Positions 35,596-51,500 of a stretch of DNA of 64,000 nt are shown here, piece by piece (the stretch's first letter is position 1; each line of letters begins with the position of its first letter). The DNA lies in the NCBI GenBank assembly GCA_964016885.1, contig OZ024743.1:334242001-334306000 (forward strand), given 5' to 3'. The stretch comes from Eledone cirrhosa. Lineage: Eukaryota. Below the pieces are notes generated by a model. That model was not told the origin of the DNA. It worked only from the letters and a program-made list of their open reading frames with translations, and did not search any database. The position numbers were made by a program, and so were the translations under genes.

Positions 35596-38500
35596 TTATC
35601 TCCTTGTCGTATGACATATGCACAGTAGCTAGAGAATTATCTCCTTGTCGTATGACATATGCACAGTAGCTAGAGAGTTATCTCCTTGTCGTATGACATA
35701 TGCACAGTACCTAGAGAGATATCTCCTTGTCGTATGACATATGCACAGTAGCTAGAGAGTTATCTCCTTGTCGTATGACATATGCACAGTAGCTAGAGAG
35801 TATCTCCTTGTCGTATGACATATGCACAGTACCTAGAGAGATATCTCCTTGTCGTATGACATATGCACAGTAGCTAGAGAGTTATCTCCTTGTCGTATGA
35901 CATATGCACAGTAGCTAGAGAGTAATCTCCTTGTCGTATGACATATGCACAGTAGCTAGAGAGTTATCTCCTTGTCGTATGACATATGTACAGTAGCTAG
36001 AGAGTTATCTCCTTGTCGTATGACATATTCACAGTAGCTAGAGAGTTATCTCCTTGTCGTATGACATATGCACAGTAGCTAGAGAGATATCTCCTTGTCG
36101 TATGACATATGCACAGTAGCTAGAGATTTATCTCCTTGTCGTATGACATATACACAGTAGCTAGAGAGTTATCTCCTTGTCGTATGACATATGCACAGTA
36201 GCTAGAGAGTTATCTCCTTGTCGTATGACATATGTACAGTAGCTAGAGAGTTATCTCCTTGTTGTATGACATATGCACAGTACCTAAAGAGATATCTCCT
36301 TGTCGTATGACATATGCACAGTAGCTAGAGAGTTATCTCCTTGTCGTATGACATATGTACAGTAGCTAGAGAGTTATCTCCTTGTTGTATGACATATGCA
36401 CAGTACCTAAAGAGATATCTCCTTGTCGTATGACATATGCACAGTATCTAGAGAGTTATCTCCTTGTCGTATGACATATGCACAGTAGCTAGAGAGTTAT
36501 CTCCTTATCGTATGACATATGCACAGTAGCTTGAGAGTTATCTCCTTGTTGTATGACATATGCACGGTATCTAGAGAGTTATCTCCTTGTTGTATGACAT
36601 ATGCACAGTAGCTAGAGAGTTATCTCCTTGTCGTATGACATATTCACAGTAGCTAGAGAGTTATCTCCTTGTTGTATGACATATGCACAGTAGTTAGAGA
36701 GTTATCTCCTCGTCGTATGACATATGTACAGTAGCTAGAGAATTACCTCCTTGTCGTATGACATATGCACAGTAGTTAGAGAGTTATCTCCTTGTCGTAT
36801 GACATATGTACAGTAGTTAGAGAGTTATCTCCTCGTCGTATGACATATGCACAGTAGCTAGAGAGTTATCTCCTTGTCGTATGACATATGCACAGTAGCT
36901 AGAGAGTTATCTCCTTGTTGTATGACATATGCACAGTATCTAGAGAGTTATCTCCTTGTCGTATGACATATGCACAGTAGCTAGAGAGTTATCTCCTTGT
37001 CGTATGACATATGCACAGTAGCTAGAGAATTACCTCCTTGTCGTATGACATATGTACAGTAGTTAGAGAGTTATCTCCTCGTCGTATGACATATGCACAG
37101 TAGCTAGAGAGTTATCTCCTTGTCGTATGACATATGCACAGTAGCTAGAGAATTATCTCCTTGTATGACATATGCACAGTAGCTAGAGAGTTATCTCCTT
37201 GTCGTATGTCATATGCACAGTAGCTAGAGAGTTATCTCCTTGTCGTATGTCATATGCACAGTAGCTAGAGAATTATCTCCTTGTATGACATATGCACAGT
37301 AGCTAGAGAGTTATCTCCTTGTCGTATGACATATGCACAGTAGCTAGAGAGTTATCTCCTTGTCGTATGACATATGCACAGTAGCTAGAGAGTTATCTCC
37401 TTGTCGTATGACATATGCACAGTAGTTAGAGAGTTATCTCCTTGTTGTATGACATATGCACAGTAGCTAGAGAGTTATCTCCTTGTCGTATGACATATGC
37501 GCAGTAGCTAGAGAGTTATCTCCTTGTCGTATGACATATGCACAGAGCTAGAGAGTTATCTCCTTGTCGTATGACATATGCACAGTAGTTAGAGAGTTAT
37601 CTCCTTGTTGTATGACATATGCACAGTAGCTAGAGAGTTATCTCCTTGTCGTATGACATATGCACAGTAGCTAGAGAGATATCTCCTTGTCGTATGACAT
37701 ATGCACAGTAGCTAGAGAGTTAACTCCTTGTCGTATGACATATGTACAGTAGCTAGAGAGTTATCTCCTTGTTGTATGACATATGCACAGTACCTAAAGA
37801 GATATCTCCTTGTCGTATGACATATGCACAGTAGCTAGAGAGTTATCTCCTTGTCGTATGACATATGTACAGTAGCTAGAGGGTTATCTCCTTGTTGTAT
37901 GACATATGCACAGTACCTAAAGAGATATCTCCTTGTCGTATGACATATGCACAGTATCTAGAGAGTTATCTCCTTGTCGTATGACATATGCACAGTAGCT
38001 AGAGAGTTATCTCCTTGTCGTATGACATATGCACAGTAGCTAGAGAATTACCTCCTTGTCGTATGACATATGTACAGTAGTTAGAGAGTTATCTCCTCGT
38101 CGTATGACATATGCACAGTAGCTAGAGAGTTATCTCCTTGTCGTATGACATATGCACAGTAGCTAGAGAATTATCTCCTTGTATGACATATGCACAGTAG
38201 CTAGAGAGTTATCTCCTTGTCGTATGTCATATGCACAGTAGCTAGAGAGTTATCTCCTTGTCGTATGTCATATGCACAGTAGCTAGAGAATTATCTCCTT
38301 GTATGACATATGCACAGTAGCTAGAGAGTTATCTCCTTGTCGTATGACATATGCACAGTAGCTAGAGAGTTATCTCCTTGTCGTATGACATATGCACAGT
38401 AGCTAGAGAGTTATCTCCTTGTCGTATGACATATGCACAGTAGTTAGAGAGTTATCTCCTTGTTGTATGACATATGCACAGTAGCTAGAGAGTTATCTCC

Positions 38501-41500
38501 TTGTCGTATGACATATGCGCAGTAGCTAGAGAGTTATCTCCTTGTCGTATGACATATGCACAGTAGCTAGAGAGTTATCTCCTTGTCGTATGACATATGC
38601 ACAGTAGTTAGAGAGTTATCTCCTTGTTGTATGACATATGCACAGTAGCTAGAGAGTTATCTCCTTGTCGTATGACATATGCACAGTAGCTAGAGAGATA
38701 TCTCCTTGTCGTATGACATATGCACAGTAGCTAGAGAGTTAACTCCTTGTCGTATGACATATGTACAGTAGCTAGAGAGTTATCTCCTTGTTGTATGACA
38801 TATGCACAGTACCTAAAGAGATATCTCCTTGTCGTATGACATATGCACAGTAGCTAGAGAGTTATCTCCTTGTCGTATGACATATGTACAGTAGCTAGAG
38901 GGTTATCTCCTTGTTGTATGACATATGCACAGTACCTAAAGAGATATCTCCTTGTCGTATGACATATGCACAGTATCTAGAGAGTTATCTCCTTGTCGTA
39001 TGACATATGCACAGTAGCTAGAGAGTTATCTCCTTATCGTATGACATATGCACAGTAGCTAGATAGTTATCTCCTTGTTGTATGACATATGCACAGTATC
39101 TAGAGAGTTATCTCCTTGTCGTATGACAAATGCACAGTATCTAGAGAGTTATCTCCTTGTCGTATGATATATGCACAGTAGCTTGAGAGTTATCTCCTTG
39201 TCGTATGACATATGTACAGTAGCTTGAGAGTTATCTCCTTGTTGTATGACATATGCACAGTATCTAGAGAGTTATCTCCTTGTCGTATGACATATGCACA
39301 GTAGCTAGAGAGTTATCTCCTTGTCGTATGACATATTCACAGTAGCTAGAGAGTTATCTCCTTGTTGTATGACATATGCACAGTATCTAGAGAGTTATCT
39401 CCTTGTCGTATGACATATGCAGAGTAGCTAGAGAGTTATCTCCTTGTCGTATGACATATGCACAGTAGCTAGAGAGTTATCTCCTTGTCGTATGACATAT
39501 GTACAGTAGCTAGAGTATTACCTCCTTGTCGTATGACATATGCACAGTAGTTAGAGAGCTATCTCCTTGTCGTATCACATATGTACAGTAGTTAGAGAGT
39601 TATCTCCTCGTCGTATGACATATGCACAGTAGCTAGAGAGTTATCTCCTTGTCGTATGACATATGCACAGTAGCTAGAGAGTTATCTCCTTGTTGTATGA
39701 CATATGCACAGTATCTAGAGAGTTATCTCCTTGTCGTATGACATATGCACAGTAGCTAGAGAGTTATCTCCTTGTCGTATGACATATGCACAGTAGCTAG
39801 AGAGTTATCTCCTTGTTGTATGACATATGCACAGTATCTAGAGAATTACCTCCTTGTCGTATGACATATGTACAGTAGTTAGAGAGTTATCTCCTCGTCG
39901 TATGACATATGCACAGTAGCTAGAGAGTTATCTCCTTGTCGTATGACATATGCACAGTAGCTAGAGAATTATCTCCTTGTATGACATATGCACAGTAGCT
40001 AGAGAGTTATCTCCTTGTCGTATGTCATATGCACTGTAGCTAGAGAGTTATCTCCTTGTCGTATGTCATATGCACAGTAGCTAGAGAATTATCTCCTTGT
40101 ATGACATATGCACAGTAGCTAGAGAGTTATCTCCTTGTCGTATGACATATGCACAGTAGCTAGAGAGTTATCTCCTTGTTGTATGACATATGCACAGTAT
40201 CTAGAGAGTTATCTCCTTGTCGTATGACATATGCACAGTAGCTAGAGAGTTATCTCCTTGTCGTATGACATATGCACAGTAGCTAGAGAATTACCTCCTT
40301 GTCGTATGACATATGTACAGTAGTTAGAGAGTTATCTCCTCGTCGTATGACATATGCACAGTAGCTAGGGAGTTATCTCCTTGTCGTATGACATATGCAC
40401 AGTAGCTAGAGAATTATCTCCTTGTATGACATATGCACAGTAGCTAGAGAGTTATCTCCTTGTCGTATGTCATATGCACAGTAGCTAGAGAGTTATCTCC
40501 TTGTCGTATGTCATATGCACAGTAGCTAGAGAATTATCTCCTTGTATGACATATGCACAGTAGCTAGAGAGTTATCTCCTTGTCGTATGACATATGCACA
40601 GTAGCTAGAGAGTTATCTCCTTGTCGTATGACATATGCACAGTAGCTAGAGAGTTATCTCCTTGTCGTATGACATATGCACAGTAGTTAGAGAGTTATCT
40701 CCTTGTTGTATGACATATGCACAGTAGGTAGAGAGTTATCTCCTTGTCGTATGACATATGCGCAGTAGCTAGAGAGTTATCTCCTTGTCGTATGACATAT
40801 GCACAGTAGCTAGAGAGTTATCTCCTTGTCGTATGACATATGCACAGTAGTTAGAGAGTTATCGCCTTGTTGTATGACATATGCACAGTAGCTAGAGAGT
40901 TATCTCCTTGTCGTATGACATATGCACAGTAGCTAGAGAGATATCTCCTTGTCGTATGACATATGCACAGTAGCTAGAGAGTTAACTCCTTGTCGTATGA
41001 CATATGTACAGTAGCTAGAGAGTTATCTCCTTGTTGTATGACATATGCACAGTACCTAAAGAGATATCTCCTTGTCGTATGACATATGCACAGTAGCTAG
41101 AGAGTTATCTCCTTGTCGTATGACATATGTACAGTAGCTAGAGGGTTATCTCCTTGTTGTATGACATATGCACAGTACCTAAAGAGATATCTCCTTGTCG
41201 TATGACATATGCACAGTATCTAGAGAGTTATCTCCTTGTCGTATGACATATGCACAGTAGCTAGAGAGTTATCTCCTTATCGTATGACATATGCACAGTA
41301 GCTAGATAGTTATCTCCTTGTTGTATGACATATGCACAGTATCTAGAGAGTTATCTCCTTGTCGTATGACAAATGCACAGTATCTAGAGAGTTATCTCCT
41401 TGTCGTATGATATATGCACAGTAGCTTGAGAGTTATCTCCTTGTCGTATGACATATGTACAGTAGCTTGAGAGTTATCTCCTTGTTGTATGACATATGCA

Positions 41501-44500
41501 CAGTATCTAGAGAGTTATCTCCTTGTTGTATGACATATGCACAGTAGCTAGAGAGTTATCTCCTTGTCGTATGACATATTCACAGTAGCTAGAGAGTTAT
41601 CTCCTTGTTGTATGACATATGCACAGTATCTAGAGAGTTATCTCCTTGTCGTATGACATATGCAGAGTAGCTAGAGAGTTATCTCCTTGTCGTATGACAT
41701 ATGCACAGTAGCTAGAGAGTTATCTCCTTGTCGTATGACATATGTACAGTAGCTAGAGAATTACCTCCTTGTCGTATGACATATGCACAGTAGTTAGAGA
41801 GCTATCTCCTTGTCGTATGACATATGTACAGTAGTTAGAGAGTTATCTCCTCGTCGTATGACATATGCACAGTAGCTAGAGAGTTATCTCCTTGTCGTAT
41901 GACATATGCACAGTAGCTAGAGAGTTATCTCCTTGTTGTATGACATATGCACAGTATCTAGAGAGTTATCTCCTTGTCGTATGACATATGCACAGTAGCT
42001 AGAGAGTTATCTCCTTGTCGTATGACATATGCACAGTAGCTAGAGAGTTATCTCCTTGTTGTATGACATATGCACAGTATCTAGAGAATTACCTCCTTGT
42101 CGTATGACATATGTACAGTAGTTAGAGAGTTATCTCCTTGTTGTATGACATATGCACAGTAGCTAGAGAGTTATCTCCTTGTCGTATGACATATGCACAG
42201 TAGCTAGAGAGATATGTCCTTGTCGTATGACATATGCACAGTAGCTAGAGAGTTATCTCCTTGTCGTATGACATATGCACAGTAGCTAGAGAGTTATCTC
42301 CTTGTCGTATGACATATGCACAGTAGCTAGAGAATTATCTCCTTGTATGACATATGCACAGTAGCTAGAGAGTTATCTCCTTGTCGTATGTCATATGCAC
42401 TGTAGCTAGAGAGTTATCTCCTTGTCGTATGTCATATGCACAGTAGCTAGAGAATTATCTCCTTGTATGACATATGCACAGTAGCTAGAGAGTTATCTCC
42501 TTGTCGTATGACATATGCACAGTAGCTAGAGAGTTATCTCCTTGTCGTATGACATATGCAAGTAGCTAGAGAGTTATCCCCTTGTCGTATGACATATGCA
42601 CAGTAGTTAGAGAGTTATCTCCTTGTTGTATGACATATGCACGGTAGCTAGAGAGTTATCTCCTTGTCGTATGACATATGCGCAGTAGCTAGAGAGTTAT
42701 CTCCTTGTCGTATGACATATGCACAGTAGCTAGAGAGTTATCTCCTTGTCGTATGACATATGCACAGTAGTTAGAGAGTTATCTCCTTGTTGTATGACAT
42801 ATGCACAGTAGCTAGAGAGTTATCTCCTTGTCGTATGACATATGCACAGTAGCTAGAGAGATATGTCCTTGTCGTATGACATATGCACAGTAGCTAGAGA
42901 GTTATCTCCTTGTCGTATGACATATGTACAGTAGCTAGAGAGTTATCTCCTTGTTGTATGACATATGCACAGTACCTAAAGAGATATCTCCTTGTCGTAT
43001 GACATATGCACAGTAGCTAGAGAGTTATCTCCTTGTCGTATGACATATGTACAGTAGCTAGAGGGTTATCTCCTTGTTGTATGACATATGCACAGTACCT
43101 AAAGAGATATCTCCTTGTCGTATGACATATGCACAGTATCTAGAGAGTTATCTCCTTGTCATATGACATATGCACAGTAGCTAGAGAGTTATCTCCTTAT
43201 CGTATGACATATGCACAGTAGCTAGATAGTTATCTCCTTGTTGTATGACATATGTACAGTAGTTAGAGAGTTATCTCCTCGTCGTATGACATATGCACAG
43301 TAGCTAGAGAGTTATTTCCTTGTCGTATGACATATGCACAGTAACTAGAGAATTATCTCCTTGTCGTATGACATATGCACAGTAGCTAGGGAATTATCTC
43401 CTTGTCGTATGTCATATGCACAGTAGCTAGAGAGTTATCTCCTTGTCGTATGACATATGCACAGTAGCTATAGAATTATCTGCTTGCCGTATGACATATG
43501 CACAGTAGCTAGAGAGTTATCTCCTTGTCGTATGACATATTCACAGTAGCTAGAGAGTTATCTCCTTGTTGTATGACATATGCACAGTATCTAGAGAGTT
43601 ATCTCCTTGTCGTATGACATATGCAGAGTAGCTAGAGAGTTATCTCCTTGTCGTATGACATATGCACAGTAGCTAGAGAGTTATCTCCTTGTCGTATGAC
43701 ATATGTACAGTAGCTAGAGAATTACCTCCTTGTCGTATGACATATGCACAGTAGTTAGAGAGCTATCTCCTTGTCGTATGACATATGTACAGTAGTTAGA
43801 GAGTTATCTCCTCGTCCTATGACATATGCACAGTAGCTAGAGAGTTATCTCCTTGTCGTATGACATATGCACAGTAGCTAGAGAGTTATCTCCTTGTTGT
43901 ATGACATATGCACAGTATCTAGAGAGATATCTGCTTGTCGTATGACATATGCACAGTAGCTAGAGAGTTATCTCCTTGTTGTATGACATATGCACAGTAC
44001 CTAAAGAGATATCTCCTTGTCGTATGACATATGCACAGTAGCTAGAGAGTTATCTCCTTGTCGTATGACATATGTACAGTAGCTAGAGAGTTATCTCCTT
44101 GTTGTATGACATATGCACAGTACCTAAAGAGATATCTCCTTGTCGTATGACATATGCACAGTAGCTAGAGAGTTATCTCCTTGTCGTATGACATATGTAC
44201 AGTAGCTAGAGAGTTATCTCCTTGTTGTATGACATATGCACAGTACCTAAAGAGATATCTCCTTGTCGTATGACATATGCACAGTATCTAGAGAGTTATC
44301 TCCTTGTCGTATGACATATGCACAGTAGCTAGAGAGTTATCTCCTTGTTGTATGACATATGCACAGTATCTAGAGAGTTATCTCCTTGTCGTATGACATA
44401 TGCAGAGTAGCTAGAGAGTTATCTCCTTGTCGTATGACATATGCACAGTAGCTAGAGAGTTATCTCCTTGTCGTATGACATATGTACAGTAGCTAGAGAA

Positions 44501-47500
44501 TTACCTCCTTGTCGTATGACATATGCAGAGTAGTTAGAGAGCTATCTCCTTGTCGTATGACATATGTACAGTAGTTAGAGAGTTATCTCCTCGTCGTATG
44601 ACATATGCACAGTAGCTAGAGAGTTATCTCCTTGTCGTATGACATATGCACAGTAGCTAGAGAGTTATCTCCTTGTTGTATGACATATGCACAGTATCTA
44701 GAGAGTTATCTCCTTGTCGTATGACATATGCACAGTAGCTAGAGAGTTATCTCCTTGTCGTATGACATATGCACAGTAGCTAGAGAGTTATCTCCTTGTC
44801 GTATGACATATGTACAGTAGCTAGAGAATTATCTCCTTGTCGTATGACATATGTACAGTAGTTAGAGAGTTATCTCCTCGTCGTATGACATATGCACAGT
44901 AGCTAGAGAGTTATCTCCTTGTCGTATGACATATGCACAGTAACTAGAGAATTATCTCCTTGTCGTATGACATATGCACAGTAGCTAGGGAATTATCTCC
45001 TTGTCGTATGTCATATGTACAGTAGCTAGAGAGTTATCTCCTTGTCGTATGACATATGCACAGTAGTTAGAGAGTTATCTCCTTGTCGTATGACATATGT
45101 ACAGTAGTTAGAGAGTTATCTCCTTGTCGTATGACATATGCACAGTAGCTAGAGAGTTATCTCCTTGTCGTATGACATATGCACAGTAGCTAGAGAGTTA
45201 TCTCCTTGCCGTATGACATATGCACAGTAGTTAGAGAGTTATCTCCTTGTTGTATGACATATGCACAGTAGCTAGAGAGTTATCTCCTTGTCGTATGACA
45301 TATGCACAGTAACTAGAGAATTATCTCCTTGTCGTATGACATATGCACAGTAGCTAGGGAATTATCTCCTTGTCGTATGTCATATGTACAATAGCTAGAG
45401 AGTTATCTCCTTGTCGTATGACATATGCACAGTAGTTAGAGAGTTATCTCCTTGTCGTATGACATATGTACAGTAGTTAGAGAGTTATCTCCTTGTCGTA
45501 TGACATATGCACAGTAGCTAGAGAGTTATCTCCTTGTCGTATGACATATGCACAGTAGCTATAGAATTATCTCCTTGCCGTATGACATATGCACAGTAGT
45601 TAGAGAGTTATCTCCTTGTCGTATGACATATGTACAGTAGTTAGAGAGTTATCTCCTTGTCGTATGACATATGCACAGTAGCTAGAGAGTTATCTCCTTG
45701 TCGTATGACATATGCACAGTAGCTGGAGAGTTATCTCCTTGCCGTATGACATATGCACAGTAGTTAGAGAGTTATCTCCTTGTTGTATGACATATGCACA
45801 GTAGCTAGAGAGTTATCTCCTTGTCGTATGACATATGCACAGTAGCTAGAGAGTTATCTCCTTGTCGGATTTCATATGCACAGTAGCTAGAGAGTTATCT
45901 CCTTGTCGTATGACATATGCACAGTAGCTAGAGAGTTATCTCCTTGTCGTATGACATATTCACAGTAGCTAGAGAGTTATATCCTTGTCGTATGACATAT
46001 GCACAGTAGCTAGAGAGATATCTCCTTGTCGTATGACATATGCACAGTAGCTAGAGAGTTATCTCCTTGTCGTATGACATATGCACAGTAGCTAGAGAGT
46101 TATCTCCTTGTCGTATGACATATGCACAGTAGCTAGAGAGTTATCTCCTTGTCGTATGACATATGTACAGTAGCTAGAGAGTTATCTCCTTGTTGTATGA
46201 CATATGCACAGTACCTAAAGAGATATCTCCTTGTCGTATGACATATGCACAGTAGCTAGAGAGTTATCTCCTTGTCGTATGACATATGTACAGTAGCTAG
46301 AGAGTTATCTCCTTGTCGTATGACATATGCACAGTACCTAAAGAGATATCTCCTTGTCGTATGACATATGCACAGTATCTAGAGAGTTATCTCCTTGTCG
46401 TATGACATATGCACAGTAGCTAGAGAGTTATCTCCTTATCGTATGACATATGCACAGTAGCTAGAGAGTTATCACCTTGTTGTATGACATATGCACAGTA
46501 TCTAGAGAGTTATCTCCTTGTCGTATGACAAATGCACAGTATCTAGAGCGTTATCTCCTTGTCGTATGACATATGCACAGTAGCTTGAGAGTTATCTCCT
46601 TGTCGTATGACATATGTACAGTAGCTAGAGAGTTATCTCCTTGTAGTATGACATATGCACAGTATCTAGAGAGTTATCTCCTTGTCGTATGACATATGCA
46701 CAGTAGCTAGAGAGTTATCTCCTTGTCGTATGACATATTCACAGTAGCTAGAGAGTTATCTCCTTGTTGTATGACATATGCACAGTATCTAGAGAGTTAT
46801 CTCCTTCTCGTATGACATATGCAGAGTAGCTAGAGAGTTATCTCCTTGTCGTATGACATATGCACAGTAGCTAGAGAGTTATCTCCTTGTCGTATGACAT
46901 ATGTACAGTAGCTAGAGAATTACCTCCTTGTCGTATGACATATGCACAGTAGTTAGAGAGTTATCTCCTTGTCGTATGACATATGTACAGTAGTTAGAGA
47001 GTTATCTCCTCGTCGTATGACATATGCACAGTAGCTAGAGAGTTATCTCCTTGTCGTATGACATATGCACAGTAGCTAGAGAGTTATCTCCTTGTCGTAT
47101 GACATATGCACAGTAGCTAGAGAGTTATCTCCTTGTTGTATGACATATGCACAGTAGCTAGAGAGATATCTCCTTGTCGTATGACATATGCACAGTAGCT
47201 AGAGAGTTATCTCCTTGTCGTATGACATATGCACAGTAGCTAGAGAGTTATCTCCTTGTCGTATGACATATGCACAGTAGCTAGAGAGTTATCTCCTTGT
47301 CGTATGACATATGTACAGTAGCTAGAGAGTTATCTCCTTGTTGTATGACATATGCACAGTAGCTAGAGAATTATCTCCTTGTATGACATATGCACAGTAG
47401 CTAGAGAGTTATCTCCTTGTCGTATGACATATGCACAGTAGCTAGAGAATTATCTCCTTGTATGACATATGCACAGTAGCTAGAGAGTTATCTCCTTGTC

Positions 47501-47965
47501 GTATGTCATATGCACAGTAGCTAGAGAGTTATCTCCTTGTCGTATGACATATGCACAGTAGCTAGAGAGTTATCTCCTTGTCGCATGTCATATGCACAGT
47601 AGCTAGAGAGTTATCTCCTTCTCGTATGACATATGCACAGTAGTTAGAGAGTTATCTCCTTGTTGTATGACATATGCACAGTAGCTAGAGAATTATATCC
47701 TTGTCGTATGACATATGCACAGTACCTAGAGAGTTATCTCCTTGTCGTATGACATATGCAGAGTAGCTAGAGAGTCATCTCCCTGTCGTATGACATATGC
47801 ACAGTAGCTAGAGAATTATCTCCTTGTCGTATGACATATGCACAGTAGCTAGAGAGTTATCTCCTTGTCGTATGACATATGCACAGTAGCTAGAGAGTTA
47901 TCTCCTTGTCGTATGACATATGCACAGTAGCTAGAGAGTTATCTCCTTGTCGTATGACATATGCA
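35596..47965. repeat. 41-bp satellite array, ~12.4 kb (~300 units) with higher-order duplications
   Basis: Consensus ttatctccttgtcgtatgacatatgcacagtagctagagag with recurring variant strings and no spacers. Confidence 0.98.
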
Positions 47966-48156
47966 TATAATTGGAATATTAAAGAACATATGTATTTATG
48001 AGTTTTAAATTCTTGATTTCTACTTATGTGTAGCTAGCCATCTTCTGAAGGAAATCTGTGGTCTGGAGTTTTCATTTCTCTTTGAATATCATCTTTAATT
48101 CTTCCGATTTCGATAAAAATGTACCAGTAGATTCTTCAGCTACATCACTTTCTGAG

Positions 48157-48300
<144 letters not shown>

Positions 48301-48505
48301 CTCTCACTCTCTCTCCTTCTCAGTTGTGTTTAGACCTTGAGAGTGATGGCTTCCACAGGTTTAAAGTACCCAAGAAATGTCGTATATCACTACCGCGCCC
48401 CTACGATTACATCAGGTGTTGCGTGTCCATACATACACACATACATACATACATACATACATACATACATACATACATACATACATACATACATACATAC
48501 ATACA

Positions 48506-51500
48506 ATAGCGACCGTTGTGGTCAGTGTCCGATAATCGGACGTGTGTAATTACGGCTTACATGAAGGCAACATACCATATATTGGAAAAAGTTGAGCTAC
48601 ATTACGCGGTAAGATTACATACAATAATTCTACATAAGTGTTTTAACTGTAAGTGTGTTGTAAAACACCTATTTATATGAACGATACATACACTTATGAT
48701 ATATGAACGATACATACACTTTAACATATAAATGCAACGTTGTTATATTACATTTATAAAGAAATATAAAGTAACGTTTTCGATTCAGAAACAAAAACAT
48801 AAGTGTTTGAACGGTGAATATGTTGTGAATAAGTTGTAGAACACCTATTTATATGAATGATACATAAACTTTAACATATAAATACAGCGTTGTTATATTA
48901 TGTTACATTCATAAAGAAATATACTAAGTAACGGTTCTTTTTGTTCTCGATTCAAACGATTCAAGAACAACGTTTAAAACACAGTTGTAGAATTAAAAAC
49001 TAACTGAAAAGAAATATTACCCAAGCTGTGAATAACTTTAAATTAGATTCAGACAGAATTTTGTCGAAACTTTTAAAGAAGATCATCGACTATTTTGAAA
49101 AATAAATACGAAATATTTGTGAATAGACGAACTCATCATGGCAAAAAGTACAAGTCTCCTTCGACCAAATCGCAACTACAACCGTTGTATACAGTGGAGC
49201 TACGAGCTTAACAAAGTATTATATGAAACATACAAACAATCTGAACCCCAAAAGTTCGGTTTTATGCAAAGGCTAAAAACTTTATGGAACTCCAAACACT
49301 CAGAATTAGACTTTTCTCCAAAGCATTTAAATGAACAGGCAAAACGTATCATCAGATGTAAATTGATACATCTAACGGAATTGAGTGATACTACAAATAC
49401 AGCCCTTGTAGACAACCACCCCACCTCCACTGACAGACAAAGAGAATGGCCAGCTAAATCTAACAGTGAACAGCTCACCAACAATTTTGCTGAAATCCAT
49501 CCCACTTCTACTGAAGAACAGCGAGAAGGTCAGCTAACTCTAGTAGTAATTGTCACCACATCAACAACGAGGCTGAAATTCATGAGTCCACTGAACAAAC
49601 AGAGCACCAAAAACTTGTGGACACCCTACAAGTGACATGGAACGATATGTTTCAAGAGATACACAGCCTTAATGTGAGTGACAGACCATACAACACCAGA
49701 ATCAGTAAAGAACCCACTAAATTGGAATTGGAAGCGGTGAATGAAATAGCTGGCAATTATCTGAAGGCTATACGATCTAAAGGTGTAGAAACGACATTTG
49801 AAACGCTTAATGTTTTGTTATATGTTTCAGCTGTTACATTGCTATCATATAACACACATCTAAAACCACGCAATCAAGATACAAACAGAAAGCCTGAACC
49901 AGCGTGGATACGAAATTTAAAAACCAAAATTTTGTCCCTAAGACGAAGTATCTCACACATCGCAGTCGTTATGAAATGCAACATAGAGAGCAACTTCACA
50001 CGACACCAGGAAGACCTAAAGAAAAAGTTAGAGAGACGATTTGGAGATACAAAATTTAAAACTTTGAACTCCAAATTACACCAGTTGAAACAACAACTCA
50101 CAGCTACAACAGAAAGACTAAAATATAAGTCAACAGCACATAAACGACAAGTGCTAAATAGATTGTTTGCCAGAGATCCTAAATCAGTTTATCGCAGCTT
50201 CGGTGGCAAAAGCTCAATCCCTGTAAACGACACCCCTTCAAAAGAACAGGTTGAGAGCTACTGGTGATCTGTATGGGAAACGGATGAGGGATTCAACAGA
50301 CAAGCTTATTGGCTAAAAGAACTGGAACAGGACTACTGCCAACATGTCCAGATAAAACAATATGTCATAGATGGGTCAATACTGGAAACAGCTCTACAGA
50401 AAATGTCGAATAGGAAATCGCCAGGCCCAGACCTCATTACAGGATACTGGTTGAAGAATTTTCACTTTTTATCGGCAAGATCTCATACGGCTGTTTACAG
50501 AAACCATTAAAGGCACACAAGAACTGCCCAGATGGTTATCAACTGCCACTACTCTCCTCATTCCCCAAAATAGCCAAACCACCCTTGCTAAAAATTACCG
50601 CCCAATAGCCTGCCAAAACATCATGTATAAATTATATACTGGGTGCCTTAACCTGTTCTTACAGGATCACTGTGCTACCAACAACATCATAACACCTGAG
50701 CAAGCTGGTGGAAAGAGGGAGGTGTGGGGTTGCATAGATCACCTACTAACTAACAAAATGATTCAGGAAAAAACAACAAAGAATCGCAGAAACATGACTG
50801 TGGTGTGGCTGGACTATCAAAAAGCATTTGATAGTGTACCTCATGGGTGGATTATTAAGGCTTTACAGTTAGCTAAAGTCCCACAACAATTGGTAGCTGC
50901 TGTTGAACGCCTGACCAAGAACTGGTACACCAGTTTGATCCTTAGAGGTGAGAAGGAGCAAGTTAAGACTGATAAGATACATTACCAGAAGGGCATCTTT
51001 CAGGGTGATAGCTTGTCAGTGCTACTCTTCGTTCTCTCACTGAATCCACTACCTTACCTACTCAGGAAACAAGGTGGACAAAGAAGTGGGCTCAGAAGTA
51101 TCTCCCATCTTTTCTTTGTTGATGACCTGAAGTTGTATGGGCCAAATATCAATGACATCAAGAAACAATTGGACCTCATTACACAATTTTCAACCGACAT
51201 CAAAATGAAATTTGGTGAGTCCAAGTGTGCATATTTGGCAATAAAACGTGGAAGAGCTGTGATCTCCTCTAGAAATCTAGAGATGAACAGCCTGACAATA
51301 CAACCTCTGCAGTCAGGTGACAACTACAGATATCTTGGACAGGATGAGAATGTCAGATATGATGAACAGACAAATAAGGAGAGAACCAGAACTGAATACC
51401 TCAGAAGAGTAAAGAAAATATGGTCATCAGAACTGTCAGCATACAACAAATACATTGCCCACAATACTTATGCTGTGCCAATTCTAACGCCAACATTTGG

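Noticed and set aside
35596-47965. CRISPR-like array (palindromic ~41-bp repeats)
   Set aside because: Units are contiguous with no unique spacers, there are no cas genes, and the context is a eukaryotic intron. It is a satellite.
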